A DNA stretch of 64,000 nucleotides, taken from an uncultured Oscillospiraceae bacterium. Its GTDB lineage: Bacteria > Bacillota > Clostridia > Acetivibrionales > DTU013. The position numbers and the translations under genes were made by a program. The DNA is taken from assembly GCA_964512095.1 (NCBI GenBank), contig CAZEIH010000002.1:104263-168262 (forward strand), written 5' to 3'. This document shows, piece by piece, positions 1-9,453 of the stretch; position 1 is the stretch's first letter, and each line of letters starts with the position of its first letter. A model generated the notes under the pieces. It saw only the letters and a list, made by a program, of their open reading frames with translations, did no database searches and was not told the origin of the DNA.

Positions 1-156
1 AGCGTCAACTGGACAGACATTTGCGCAAGATCCGCAATCGATACATGCTCCCTCGTCTATCTCATATTTACTATCACCAGCTGTTATGCATGAAACTGGA
101 CATTCTGGTTCACATGCACCGCAACTGATACAATCATCGTTGATACGATATGCCAT
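1..156 (-). CDS. 2[4Fe-4S] clostridial-type ferredoxin (3' end runs off the window)
   Basis: Reverse-strand ATG at 154-156 is preceded by GAGGAGG. Hand translation MAYRINDDCISCGACEPECPVSCITAGDSKYEIDEGACIDCGSCANVCPVDA shows two CxxCxxCxxxCP motifs. It is absent from the ORF track because the window edge truncates it. Confidence 0.85.
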   Translation of the reverse strand, partial: MAYRINDDCISCGACEPECPVSCITAGDSKYEIDEGACIDCGSCANVCPVDA

Positions 157-277
157 TAGGGTACACCTCCTCAAATACATTTTGTTTACTTAATCTTAGA
201 TGAACCGCTACTATTTTAACATTATTGTCAGATAAATAGAATACCCTAGCATAAATTTGCAGCCATAATTTTATCTT

Positions 278-373
278 TGTCTTCAGAAGACGCCGACCTT
301 TACGAATTAGTCATCTTCCCTGGTCAGTTGGAGTTCAGTCTCCACCCGACTCCATGAGCAAAGCGAATTTACC
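278..373 (+). repeat. dispersed intergenic repeat, copy A (short variant, hairpin with 2 mismatches)
   Basis: GTCTTCAGAAGAC palindrome, then GGTCAGTTGGAG-TTCAG-TCTCCACCCGAC, then TCCATGAGCAAAGCGAATTTAC. Confidence 0.85.
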
Positions 374-1243
374 TTAGTCCTCCAGGGCCTTCAATTCATC
401 AATTATTGCCTCCCCTTCATCATGTACCGCTACGTCTTTTATTAGCTTGACCTCGTTGAACTTATATGCTCTCAAATCGGTGTCATTCCCCTTGTCAAGC
501 CTTACCTTTACAGTTTCCTTTATCAGGTATGTCTCTATAACCACACCCTGCCCGTCAGGCGTATCCACGACAGCACCAGTTTTCGGAGCCGTTTTAATGA
601 TATGTTCATATGCTTCCTGCTCGTATTTTAAGCAACACATCAGCCTTCCACAGGTGCCGGAAATCTTTGTTGGATTTAGAGAAAGCCCCTGTTCCTTAGC
701 CATTTTTATAGATACCGGCTGGAATTCACCAAGATATGAGCTACAACAAAGAACACGACCACAAATGCCAATACCGCCCATCATCTTCGACTCATCTCTA
801 ACGCCTATCTGCCTAAGCTCTATACGCGTTTTAAAAACTGATGCCAAATCCTTTACCAATTCCCTAAAATCAACTCTTCCATCTGCTGTAAAATAGAAAA
901 GAATTTTATTATTGTCAAAAGTGTACTCCACATCTATCAGTTTCATTTCCAATTCGTGGTCTTTTATTTTCTGAAGGCAAGTAGCAAATGCCTCCTTCTC
1001 TTTTTTACTATTCTCGGCAGCATGCTTGATATCTTCCTCATTGGCTATCCTCATCACCCTTTTTAGCGGTGCAACTATTTCGTCTTCATTGACCTCACGA
1101 ACAGGAATAACAACCTCTCCGAATTCTACACCCCTTGCTGTTTCTACAATTACACTAGAGCTACCATCTACCTCCAGCTGATCAGGGTCAAAGTAATATA
1201 CCTTTCCAGCCTTCTTGAATCTGACTCCAACCACCTTTACCAT
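374..1243 (-). CDS. ricT: PSP1-domain protein RicT/YaaT (stage 0 sporulation / RNase Y-maturation complex family)
   Basis: 289 aa with Cys-rich PSP1 motifs (GICGRVLCC, GTCGRLMCCLKYE). Lies in the conserved Firmicute synteny tmk-darA-yaaR-holB-yaaT. Confidence 0.88.
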   Translation of the reverse strand: MVKVVGVRFKKAGKVYYFDPDQLEVDGSSSVIVETARGVEFGEVVIPVREVNEDEIVAPLKRVMRIANEEDIKHAAENSKKEKEAFATCLQKIKDHELEMKLIDVEYTFDNNKILFYFTADGRVDFRELVKDLASVFKTRIELRQIGVRDESKMMGGIGICGRVLCCSSYLGEFQPVSIKMAKEQGLSLNPTKISGTCGRLMCCLKYEQEAYEHIIKTAPKTGAVVDTPDGQGVVIETYLIKETVKVRLDKGNDTDLRAYKFNEVKLIKDVAVHDEGEAIIDELKALED

Positions 1244-2230
1244 CTATTGAACCTCCCGTAGCTTTATCAACAAATTATCTATGACAAGCTGATAACTCGC
1301 ATTTTGTTTTAGGGCCCTTTGTGCCGCTTCTATGGCTTCAATACTGCTTATGAGCCTGCCGTTGCGGTATTTGCGGGCATTATCTAATATAATATCCTTT
1401 TTGTCCGAATTAATCAACATGTTTTCATTTCCCGTCTCACTAATTACCAACAAATCTCTGTAGTACAACAGCATAATATGCATAATAATTTCTACACTTT
1501 CCTTATTGCTGTCCATAAATGACGAAAAATCTAAAATGCTTGTAGTTCTACCCTCAGCCGCTGCCGGGAGCAATTCCAGTATCTCGTCTCTGAGCTTTGA
1601 AAATTCTCCTGAGTTTGCCAAGTCCAGTGCTATCCCTATGTTGCCATCGGAAAAGTCGGCTGCAAGCCCAAAGCTCCCGTCATCACTACCATACCTAGCC
1701 TCAAGAGCCTGTAAAACCTGCTCCCTGGAATAATTCTTGAGCTTTAGGTGCTGTGCTCGCGAACGCACTGTTTCCAACATTTTTTCATAATTTGTAGTCA
1801 ACAAAATAACCACTACATAGCCTGGAGGCTCCTCAAATATCTTTAGTAGGCAGTTTTGAGCCGCCTCCGTCATCTTTGCTGCTTCCTGCACAATATAGAC
1901 CTTCCGATCTGAATACATGGGTTTAAGAATCGTATCACTCTGGAGTTCTCTAATCAAATCCACGCCAATACTCAATTCCTCGACTCTTATACTATGATAA
2001 TCGGGATTGCTGTCATTCTTTGTCAACTGGCAGGGCCTGCAATTGCCACAAGGAGCGCCCTCGTGAGGATCGTCGCACAGCAAAAGACCGGCAAATATGT
2101 GTGCAATCGTTTTTTTACCGATGCCTGCCGGCCCCGAGAATATATATGCATGTCCAACCCGGTCTTGGGAAATTAATTGCTTAAGGCTATCGACCACTTC
2201 TTTCTGGCCGATTATATTTTTAAAGTCCAT
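1244..2230 (-). CDS. holB: DNA polymerase III delta-prime subunit
   Basis: 328 aa with P-loop-like GPAGIGKKT, zinc module CGNCRPC and sensor TVRSRAQ. Its stop abuts the ricT start. Confidence 0.9.
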   Translation of the reverse strand: MDFKNIIGQKEVVDSLKQLISQDRVGHAYIFSGPAGIGKKTIAHIFAGLLLCDDPHEGAPCGNCRPCQLTKNDSNPDYHSIRVEELSIGVDLIRELQSDTILKPMYSDRKVYIVQEAAKMTEAAQNCLLKIFEEPPGYVVVILLTTNYEKMLETVRSRAQHLKLKNYSREQVLQALEARYGSDDGSFGLAADFSDGNIGIALDLANSGEFSKLRDEILELLPAAAEGRTTSILDFSSFMDSNKESVEIIMHIMLLYYRDLLVISETGNENMLINSDKKDIILDNARKYRNGRLISSIEAIEAAQRALKQNASYQLVIDNLLIKLREVQ

Positions 2231-2289
2231 TGTGTACTCCTTTAATGGGTCTATGGGCCATCTGCCTCGTCGTTCCGGTCATCAAGTGC

Positions 2290-2742
2290 TTACATCATCA
2301 AATCCAATATGAGTCCTCTAATATCGACCAAACGCTGAAGAAGAGAAATATTATCCCATTCCCCATTCAATACATCCTGTGTAAGCAAATCTAGCTCACT
2401 ATTTATACTCTTGATGATAGCATAGACCTTATGCCTGCCCCTTCTGTCAACAAGGCTTTTCTTGGAAAACTTTTTCGAATTACCCAGTGCCGCATCCAAG
2501 AACTCAGAAATCAACCTTTTATATGCCTTTAATTCACGTATATCAATCCTCTTAGCAAGAATGTCCCCTTGCTTAATAATATCCTGAACAAGCCTATCAA
2601 TATGCTGCTCATAATTTCTATCCCCAGCCTTTACCAGCTGGCTTCTAAACTCTCCGCCAGTACCAGTTTTTACTTTTACTTCATCCTTTACCGGCAGACC
2701 TACCATGCCTGTTGTATTACCGAGAGTGTCGCTTACCTTCAA
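2290..2742 (-). CDS. yaaR: YaaR/DUF327 family protein
   Basis: 150 aa. The position between darA and holB matches the Bacillus yaaQ-yaaR-holB order. Family assignment is from memory of DUF327 sequences. Confidence 0.7.
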   Translation of the reverse strand: MKVSDTLGNTTGMVGLPVKDEVKVKTGTGGEFRSQLVKAGDRNYEQHIDRLVQDIIKQGDILAKRIDIRELKAYKRLISEFLDAALGNSKKFSKKSLVDRRGRHKVYAIIKSINSELDLLTQDVLNGEWDNISLLQRLVDIRGLILDLMM

Positions 2743-2777
2743 GATGCACCTCCCGGCGCTTAGCCAATGACTGCGCC

Positions 2778-3107
2778 TTATACCTTTTCAAAGCGTTCAA
2801 CGTCCAGTACAAATATAGTAGCTCCCCCCACTACAACCTCCACAGGATAGGGAATAAACATACCCGCCATGCCGTTAGGTGTCATGCTGGAATTGATTAC
2901 TTGTTTTCTGCTTTTGGATTTTGTCTTGATAATTCCGATAACGCTATCCAGCTTTTCTTCGTCAACACCCACAAGCAATGTGGTGTTGCCCGCCTTCAGG
3001 AAACCTCCCGTTGAGCAAAGCTTTGTCACTCCAAACCCACTCCTGTTCAATTCCTCCATTACCTTTGAACCATCCTCATCATGAACTACAGCGAATACAA
3101 GTTTCAT
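2778..3107 (-). CDS. darA: cyclic-di-AMP receptor, PII-like protein DarA (YaaQ)
   Basis: 109 aa from ATG 3107, with GAGGAGGGG upstream. MKLVFAVVHDEDG...TKLCSTGGFLKAGNTTLL...YPVEVVVGGATIFVL closely parallels B. subtilis DarA. The ORF-track start at 3125 is a 6-codon over-extension. Confidence 0.9.
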   Translation of the reverse strand: MKLVFAVVHDEDGSKVMEELNRSGFGVTKLCSTGGFLKAGNTTLLVGVDEEKLDSVIGIIKTKSKSRKQVINSSMTPNGMAGMFIPYPVEVVVGGATIFVLDVERFEKV

Positions 3108-3140
3108 TTCTACCCCTCCTCGCAAATGATGTGAATCTTA

Positions 3141-3785
3141 TTAAACTGATCTAATAAAACCAAGAAGCATCTCCAATTGGCGTTTGACATCATTCCAGAC
3201 TTCTTCGACAGGCTTAGAAGCGTCAATTGTTTTTATTCTTTCGGGATATCTTGCAGCCAATTCCTTATACCCATTATAAACCCTTCTGTGAAATTCCATC
3301 ACTTCATTTTCTATCCTATCGCAGGCATTAACTGTCATTCTTCTCTTAAGACCTATTTCCGGATCAAGATCAAAGAAGAATGTAATGTCAGGCATCGTCC
3401 CACTAATAGCAATGTCAGTTATTTTTTTGAGCAAATCTGTGTCCAGGCCTCTTCCATAGCCTTGATATGCAAAGAACGAGTCAATATACCGATCACATAT
3501 AACACTCCGGCAATCTTCAATAGAAGGTCTGATTACCTGCTCCACCAGCTGCGCCCTTGCAGCTGAGTAAAGAAGAAGCTCTGTAGTATTGTACATTTCA
3601 GTAAATGCCGGATCCAGTATGATGGAGCGTACATTCTCACCAATACGCGTGCCTCCGGGTTCTCTTGTAAGGATAACCTGGCAGCCCATATTCGTTAGGT
3701 GCTCCATCATGTTCCTTATCTGAGTCGTTTTCCCGCTTCCATCGGTACCTTCAATTGTAATAAAAAGACCTCGCTTCATATTCAA
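3141..3785 (-). CDS. tmk: thymidylate kinase
   Basis: 214 aa with P-loop EGTDGSGKTT and a DRY-type motif (CDRYIDS). Synteny with holB. Confidence 0.93.
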   Translation of the reverse strand: MNMKRGLFITIEGTDGSGKTTQIRNMMEHLTNMGCQVILTREPGGTRIGENVRSIILDPAFTEMYNTTELLLYSAARAQLVEQVIRPSIEDCRSVICDRYIDSFFAYQGYGRGLDTDLLKKITDIAISGTMPDITFFFDLDPEIGLKRRMTVNACDRIENEVMEFHRRVYNGYKELAARYPERIKTIDASKPVEEVWNDVKRQLEMLLGFIRSV

Positions 3786-3850
3786 CCTCGTTTACTGTAA
3801 TGTGACTTCTGCGCGTACCCACTAATAACATTATACATTATTCTCACGTC

Positions 3851-5383
3851 CTATGCATCCTTTTTCCCTTCATCGGCTATGATGCAAACAGTTCCATCGC
3901 TGTTAATGCCGTGGACCCTGCCACCCGCTCCAATTACAACCTTCAAAAGGTCTACTGCTTCATGGGTAATAATTTCACCTGGGCAAACTAAGGCAATACC
4001 CGGAGGATAGGGCGCAATTTTCCCCTTACTAACCCTTCCTACCGCATCCCCCAAACTTATCCTTTCAGTTTTTGCGTTCAATATATCTAAAGGCTTTAGA
4101 TCCCAAGTATTATTCTCCAACAACCTGTTGTTTCCCGAAAACCCGTATACAGCTTTCATACGGCTGCAAATATCGGCATTCTTACCAGTTAAAGGGTTGC
4201 CCTGTTTACGCTCCATTTCGCCAATTCCTTCTGATGCGGCCTCAAAATCCTTCCAAAATTGTTCCAATGCTGAAAAAAGTATTTCAATCTCTGTCGGCCC
4301 ATCAGCTACAGTAGATATAAATACTACATTAGCAGTGTCTGACATTTCAGACTGCACATTATATCTTTCCCTCATAAGCCTCTCGGCATCATACCCTGTT
4401 ATTCCAAGCCGAGATACATTAACAACAAGCCTGGTGGGATCATGATCAAACCCCGGAGTGCTTGCGCTGTCAAGCATCACAGGTCCTCTCTCATAGCTGC
4501 GTAGGCTACTACTACAGGCTCCTATTGAGTCTAGAAGCCTATCCAGTAGCTGGGTGCCGTGCCTTTGCATAACCGCTCTGCCTATGTCAAGAAAAGCCAT
4601 AATTACATAGGAAGGGCTAGTTGTCTGGAACATATCCAAAAAATATTCCAGTCTTTCAATGTCAACCCTGTGTGTGCCTATATGCAGATACGCGCCTTGG
4701 GTAAAAGCCGGCAAGGTTTTATGTGCGCTTTGTATGCAAATATCAGCACCCGCTTCCAAAGCAGACACCGGCAGACGTTTGTTGAATATTAAATGGGGTC
4801 CGTGAGCCTCATCAACTATCAATATTTTGTCATGTGAATGCACAATTTCAGCAATTTCCTCGATATCACAGCATACTCCATAGTAATTAGGTCTAGTTAT
4901 AAGAATGCCCACTGCTTCAGGCATTTGTCTAAGGGCCCTCTTAATCTCCGCTGGCGTAATTCCGGTGCATATACTAAATGCTTCTGAATATTCGGGCAAT
5001 ACGTAATATGGTCTTACTCCAGCTAAAAGCATGCCATTTATAACAGAGCTATGACTATCCCTGCCTACTATCAGACGCTGTCCAGGTCTGCACACAGCAG
5101 CAATCGCCGCATGTAGACCGACAGTGCTACCATTTACAAGAAGGTAGCTCCTATTGGCTCCAAACGCCTGAGCGGCAAGTTCCTGGGCCTCATTTAGAAT
5201 ACCGGAGGGGTTATGGAGATCATCCATACCCGGTATTTCGGTAATATCTAGTTTTTCTATTTCGGAAAGAAATTCTTCAGGTATACCGCGGCCAAGCTTG
5301 TGGCCCGGCATATGAAAGGGAATTACATTAGAGTCCGTAAAAGCCTTTATTGCGTTGTAAACAGGTGTGTTCCATGCGCTGAT
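3851..5383 (-). CDS. PLP-dependent Orn/Lys/Arg decarboxylase family protein (YaaO/SpeA-like)
   Basis: The ATG ORF spans 3851-5311 and carries the SAHKT PLP-lysine motif. Family-typical N-terminal sequence (NTPVYNAIKAF..IPFHMPGHK) continues 24 codons upstream of that ATG with no canonical start. The best candidate is ATC at 5381-5383 behind AAAGGAAG. The 5' end is therefore uncertain. Confidence 0.8.
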   Translation of the reverse strand: MSAWNTPVYNAIKAFTDSNVIPFHMPGHKLGRGIPEEFLSEIEKLDITEIPGMDDLHNPSGILNEAQELAAQAFGANRSYLLVNGSTVGLHAAIAAVCRPGQRLIVGRDSHSSVINGMLLAGVRPYYVLPEYSEAFSICTGITPAEIKRALRQMPEAVGILITRPNYYGVCCDIEEIAEIVHSHDKILIVDEAHGPHLIFNKRLPVSALEAGADICIQSAHKTLPAFTQGAYLHIGTHRVDIERLEYFLDMFQTTSPSYVIMAFLDIGRAVMQRHGTQLLDRLLDSIGACSSSLRSYERGPVMLDSASTPGFDHDPTRLVVNVSRLGITGYDAERLMRERYNVQSEMSDTANVVFISTVADGPTEIEILFSALEQFWKDFEAASEGIGEMERKQGNPLTGKNADICSRMKAVYGFSGNNRLLENNTWDLKPLDILNAKTERISLGDAVGRVSKGKIAPYPPGIALVCPGEIITHEAVDLLKVVIGAGGRVHGINSDGTVCIIADEGKKDA

Positions 5384-5397
5384 ATTTAATCTTCCTT

Positions 5398-6210
5398 TCA
5401 GGCTTCAGCCCTGTTTTTTTCATATATAATCCTAAGACCTTCATTCACAAGACGTCCATTCACCTCGTCTATGGATTCTGTCTCCGGTGCAATAAACTTT
5501 GCCAATCCGCCAGTTGCAATGACCTTGGCATTTTCCTCGCCCATCTCCTGCTTGATCTTTTTGACAATATGGTTAATCTGTCCAACGTATCCATGGAATA
5601 CGCCCGACTGCATACTTACAGAGGTGTTGCGACCTATGACCACATCATGCTTTGCCAGATCTATTCTTGGTAGCTTTGCAGTCCTCTGATACAAAGCCTC
5701 GGCTGATATAAGTATTCCAGGGCATATAGCTCCGCCAAGAAACTCTCCCTTTGAGGATATGGCGTTAAATGTGGTTGCGGTGCCAAAGTCAACTACTATC
5801 ACAGGCCCGCCATATAGCTCATAGGCAGCAACTGCATTAACTATCCTGTCTGCTCCAAGCTCCCGGGGATTCTCGTATTTAATATTAATGCCAGTTTTTA
5901 TCCCCGGTCCAATTAACATTGGGTCCTTTTTTATATATCTGCGTATGGCATGCTCAAATGAAAACATAATCGGGGGCACTACGGAAGATATTATTACCGC
6001 CTCAATATCGTCAATGGCGAGCCCTTCATAGTTAAAAAAATTCACGAAGTACATACCAAACTCATCTGCTGTCCAACCTCTGTTAGTTGCCAGCTTCCAA
6101 TGTGCTATAAGTTCCTTTTCTTTATACACGCCAAAACGTATATTGGTATTTCCAACATTTATCGCAAGAAGCAATTGCCATTCCTCCAAATCGAGTCTAT
6201 AACCCATCAT
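5398..6210 (-). CDS. coaX: type III pantothenate kinase
   Basis: Motifs LLLAINVGNTN, LGADRIVNAV and VVDFGTATTF. The likely true start is TTG at 6174 (GGAGG 8 nt upstream, giving M-LLAINVGNTN). The ORF-track ATG is at 6210. Confidence 0.9.
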   Translation of the reverse strand: MMGYRLDLEEWQLLLAINVGNTNIRFGVYKEKELIAHWKLATNRGWTADEFGMYFVNFFNYEGLAIDDIEAVIISSVVPPIMFSFEHAIRRYIKKDPMLIGPGIKTGINIKYENPRELGADRIVNAVAAYELYGGPVIVVDFGTATTFNAISSKGEFLGGAICPGILISAEALYQRTAKLPRIDLAKHDVVIGRNTSVSMQSGVFHGYVGQINHIVKKIKQEMGEENAKVIATGGLAKFIAPETESIDEVNGRLVNEGLRIIYEKNRAEA

Positions 6211-6249
6211 CCCAAGACATCTGAAGCCTCAGTAGGGTTTCACAGCTAA

Positions 6250-6759
6250 CTATAAAAACTTTAGGCTTCTGATTTCTCTTATTTCAAGCTCAATTTCCTT
6301 TTCAAGCCTTAAAATATCATGCTTAATATCATCAATGGTCTCTTCAGCCCTATTCCTTTTCATGTTTGAATGCTTGCCACAGGAGGACGAGGAATGCCTT
6401 CTTGACTGTGTATCCCTGTCTTCTCTGTTTCTGTCCCGGTAATATCCTTTTGACTGATTGCTCTCTTTGTTGTACCCATCGTGGCTTCTGGAGCCATGGT
6501 TATTGTTCCTCGGTCCGGATTGATGCCCCTGATTTTGGCTTCCATTGGATGAATCCTTATTATTAGCTTGTCCACCTCTATTATGGGCATTCTGCGTATC
6601 AGAATTCCTAGGATTGTTCTGCTTACGGGACTGATAGCCTTTTGTGTTATTGTTTCGATTGCGTTGCTGTTGCTCGGATTTCAGTGGTTTGCTATTTGTC
6701 TTCCCAGTGTTTGTAACGCCATCGGTGACGGTCTGATTACCACTACTCTTTCTGACCAT
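6250..6759 (-). CDS. hypothetical N/Q/R/S/G/H-rich, predicted disordered basic protein with a C-terminal amphipathic helix
   Basis: 169 aa with GGAGG 7 nt upstream of the ATG. Extreme compositional bias, then IDDIKHDILRLEKEIELEIREIRSLKFL at the C-terminus. No family recognised. Confidence 0.6.
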   Translation of the reverse strand: MVRKSSGNQTVTDGVTNTGKTNSKPLKSEQQQRNRNNNTKGYQSRKQNNPRNSDTQNAHNRGGQANNKDSSNGSQNQGHQSGPRNNNHGSRSHDGYNKESNQSKGYYRDRNREDRDTQSRRHSSSSCGKHSNMKRNRAEETIDDIKHDILRLEKEIELEIREIRSLKFL

Positions 6760-6808
6760 TCTAAACCTCCATATAATAAAGCAATATAACTATTGTATTT
6801 TAAAAGCT

Positions 6809-7603
6809 TCAACAAGTCAACCCCAGTAACCTCGCGGCATTTCCGCCCATTATTGCGCTTCTCGCCTCGGCTGTCAGCTCCATACTCTGTATCCTTTCCA
6901 CCTCGGTAGACTGATCTCCCCAGGGCGAGTCAGACGCAAAAAGCAGCTTTTCATAACCGTGCTCCAGGTATATTCGATTAAACTGCTCCGGGCTCATTTC
7001 ATGTAGACTAAAAGAGGTGTCAAAATAAATATCCTCCCCAACAAGGTATCGTTCCACGTCATCCCAATACTCAAACCCTCCCATGTGAGCAGCAACCATC
7101 TTGGCACCAGGTATTCCCCTCAGTACCCGCTTCATCCTGTCAGGAGTGCAATGGTAAGGCTCCGGCATACCCAAATCTCCACCTGCATGAAAGATAATCA
7201 CCAGCCCTAAATCTGCTGCTTTTTCATAGATAGGATACATTTTAGGATCATCTACATAAAAGCTCTGGTATTCGGGATGAAACTTAATGCCCCTTAAACC
7301 CGCCTCCCTCATCGCTACCAGCTGCTCCACCCAATCTGAAGTGTCCGGGTGTATAGAGCCGAATGCAATTATTTCATCATCCTGAATGGTAGATGACCAT
7401 TGTATAATACTGGGGATCTGGCTTGGTTTGGTTGCTATATTAAGTATCAAGGATTTGTCGATTCCCGCTTTTTTCATCGATGCCTTTATGCCGCGTACCG
7501 TCCCATCGGACATCAGTGGAAGAGAGGCCGCTTTGGCCAGCGACTCTGTGGCCCTTTGTGCAATTTTATCAGGAAAGCAATGAACATGAAAATCAATAAC
7601 CAT
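6809..7603 (-). CDS. metal-dependent TIM-barrel amidohydrolase (amidohydrolase-2-like)
   Basis: 264 aa with an N-terminal IDFHVH metal-ligand motif and later HAGG / AAHMGG / SDSPW motifs. Confidence 0.75.
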   Translation of the reverse strand: MVIDFHVHCFPDKIAQRATESLAKAASLPLMSDGTVRGIKASMKKAGIDKSLILNIATKPSQIPSIIQWSSTIQDDEIIAFGSIHPDTSDWVEQLVAMREAGLRGIKFHPEYQSFYVDDPKMYPIYEKAADLGLVIIFHAGGDLGMPEPYHCTPDRMKRVLRGIPGAKMVAAHMGGFEYWDDVERYLVGEDIYFDTSFSLHEMSPEQFNRIYLEHGYEKLLFASDSPWGDQSTEVERIQSMELTAEARSAIMGGNAARLLGLTC

Positions 7604-7623
7604 AAATTACTCCAATCCTTTAT

Positions 7624-7670
7624 CTATGTCTTCAGAGGACGCTGAACTCTATAGTCCGGCGATGAATGAA
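7624..7670 (+). repeat. dispersed intergenic repeat, copy B (left half only)
   Basis: CTATGTCTTCAGAGGACGCTGAACTCTATAGTCCGGCGATGAATGAA aligns with the left part of copy D. Confidence 0.75.
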
Positions 7671-7696
7671 ATCAAGCTCCTACAAGTGTGGCTTTC

Positions 7697-8770
7697 TTAT
7701 AAATATCCATATAAGCCCCTTACAGATACCTCTCCGGAGATAAGCTCCCGTCTAACGCCATCATTACAATCCACAACCAGTCTGCCATCCGAGGTAATAT
7801 CCACAGCAATCCCTGTATACTCCACATCTTTTAGTGTAAACCGGACCTCCTTGCCAAGAGTAGCCGAGTATTCTCTCCACATGTCAATTATTTTGGAGTT
7901 CTTTCCATCAAGGATATGCCTCAATAAGGTATCTAACTCTCTGAGTACAGCCCGAATCAATTCCAGTCTCCCATCGCCGCCACCTTTTAAACCCCCAACC
8001 TTTGACAATTTCTCATCCCGTAGGGCTTCCTTGGACATACCAGCCTCTGTCCTGTCTTCTAAATTACTATTAGCCATAAGTATCGAGGATGCCCTATTCT
8101 GTAACTCTTCTGAGAAATCTGCAGCTGATTGGGAATAATTTATCCCCATCCCTAAGACTATGTGGTTTACCCTATCCACCTCAGAATTCATCTCTAGCAA
8201 TATTCCACATATCTTTTTCCCTTCGGCCACTATATCATTAGGCCACTTTATACCTGTTTTTAGACCTGTCACAGTATATATAGCCCTAACTGCTGCCACA
8301 GCTGCCGCCAGTGTAAATATTGGTGTTTCAACAGGAGCCATTGGAGGTCTCAGTACCACCGACAAATATATCCCCTTATCCTGAGGGGATTCCCAGCTCC
8401 TGCCCAACCTGCCCTTTCCTTGTGTCTGCTGAAAGGCAACTACCGCCAGACCATCACTACACCCTTTTGATGCCATGGCTCCTGCATGGGTGTTTGTAGA
8501 GGGCAACACAGCATAACAAAGGACCTCACGCCCCACAATCTGTGTACCCAAGTTATTCTCTATTTCAAAGGAGTTCAGCAGCCCCTCAGTAGGTATTAGC
8601 CTATAGCCCTTTTTAGAAGCAGCCTCTATTGTATAGCCATCAAGCCTTAGCTCCTCTATATACTTCCATATGGCCGTCCTCGATACACCTAAGCGTTCTC
8701 CCATTTCAGCGCCGGTGACACAGCCGGGCACTGCCTCCTTCAAAAACTTCAGAACAACATATTTCATCAT
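7697..8770 (-). CDS. birA: bifunctional biotin-[acetyl-CoA-carboxylase] ligase / biotin operon repressor
   Basis: 357 aa with an N-terminal wHTH, the ligase motif QGKGRLGRSW, KWPNDI, and a C-terminal SH3-like tail. Carries roughly 30 extra residues (ANSNLEDRTEAGMSKEALRDEKLSKVGGLKGGGDG) between the catalytic and C-terminal domains. Confidence 0.9.
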   Translation of the reverse strand: MMKYVVLKFLKEAVPGCVTGAEMGERLGVSRTAIWKYIEELRLDGYTIEAASKKGYRLIPTEGLLNSFEIENNLGTQIVGREVLCYAVLPSTNTHAGAMASKGCSDGLAVVAFQQTQGKGRLGRSWESPQDKGIYLSVVLRPPMAPVETPIFTLAAAVAAVRAIYTVTGLKTGIKWPNDIVAEGKKICGILLEMNSEVDRVNHIVLGMGINYSQSAADFSEELQNRASSILMANSNLEDRTEAGMSKEALRDEKLSKVGGLKGGGDGRLELIRAVLRELDTLLRHILDGKNSKIIDMWREYSATLGKEVRFTLKDVEYTGIAVDITSDGRLVVDCNDGVRRELISGEVSVRGLYGYL

Positions 8771-9387
8771 ACCCTCCCCGGTGCTCTAAATGTATATACC
8801 CGTTGCTCTCCTTTTACCCTGAAAACAGCATAGGCGCCGTCGCACTGCGCCGTACATTCTGCCTTTCCTAGCTCACAGAGCCAATTAAAGTATAGATAAA
8901 GCAAAGTATCATCTAGATAATTGCTTTTCTCCTTTAGTTGTCCCATTAGATTGTTAAAGTACAGCTCCTGTGAATTCTCATAAAGAACAGGTGAGTCAAG
9001 CATTTTACCTATTACGGTAATGTGTTCCCCTAAAACAGTAGTAGTGATTAGTACCTCCGGAAAGCGGTAATCACCAAAGATATATTTCTTTATGGGAACT
9101 ATTGATGATTTGTATAGCTCCATGACCTGGGGATATGATTGACCTGTCTCATACAATGTCCTATCTGCAACATAACAGAATTTCGAATCCAACTCCAGTT
9201 TCAGGCACCTATAGTCGCTAGACGTGTATCTATCATATTCATCCCGTGGATTAAGCAATGCTGTGAAGCATTTTCTGCTATTGCCCCCAATAACAGTTTC
9301 ACGGCTAAACCACTGTGAAAGCTTTATCCCGCAATCAACAGCATATCCAACCTTCTCACAAGGCATATAAAAATAGACATCTACCAA
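8767..9387 (-). CDS. hypothetical protein, translationally coupled to birA
   Basis: 206 aa. Its stop overlaps the birA start by 4 nt (ATGA). No recognisable motif. Confidence 0.55.
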   Translation of the reverse strand: MVDVYFYMPCEKVGYAVDCGIKLSQWFSRETVIGGNSRKCFTALLNPRDEYDRYTSSDYRCLKLELDSKFCYVADRTLYETGQSYPQVMELYKSSIVPIKKYIFGDYRFPEVLITTTVLGEHITVIGKMLDSPVLYENSQELYFNNLMGQLKEKSNYLDDTLLYLYFNWLCELGKAECTAQCDGAYAVFRVKGEQRVYTFRAPGRV

Positions 9388-9453
9388 CCCTTCACCCCCA
9401 GTTCATCGCCACCCGAAGTAGCTGCTATACTGTCCATATAAGTCTTGATTTTT

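Noticed and set aside
6360-6590. 76-aa alternative-frame ORF inside the disordered-protein gene, plus plus-strand ORFs 6366-6566 and 6568-6789
   Set aside because: They are nested in or antisense to the SD-preceded 169-aa ORF. The biased composition keeps several frames open.
7626-8138. 170-aa plus-strand ORF
   Set aside because: It is antisense to birA, Ser/Pro/Leu-rich with no SD, and it starts inside repeat copy B.
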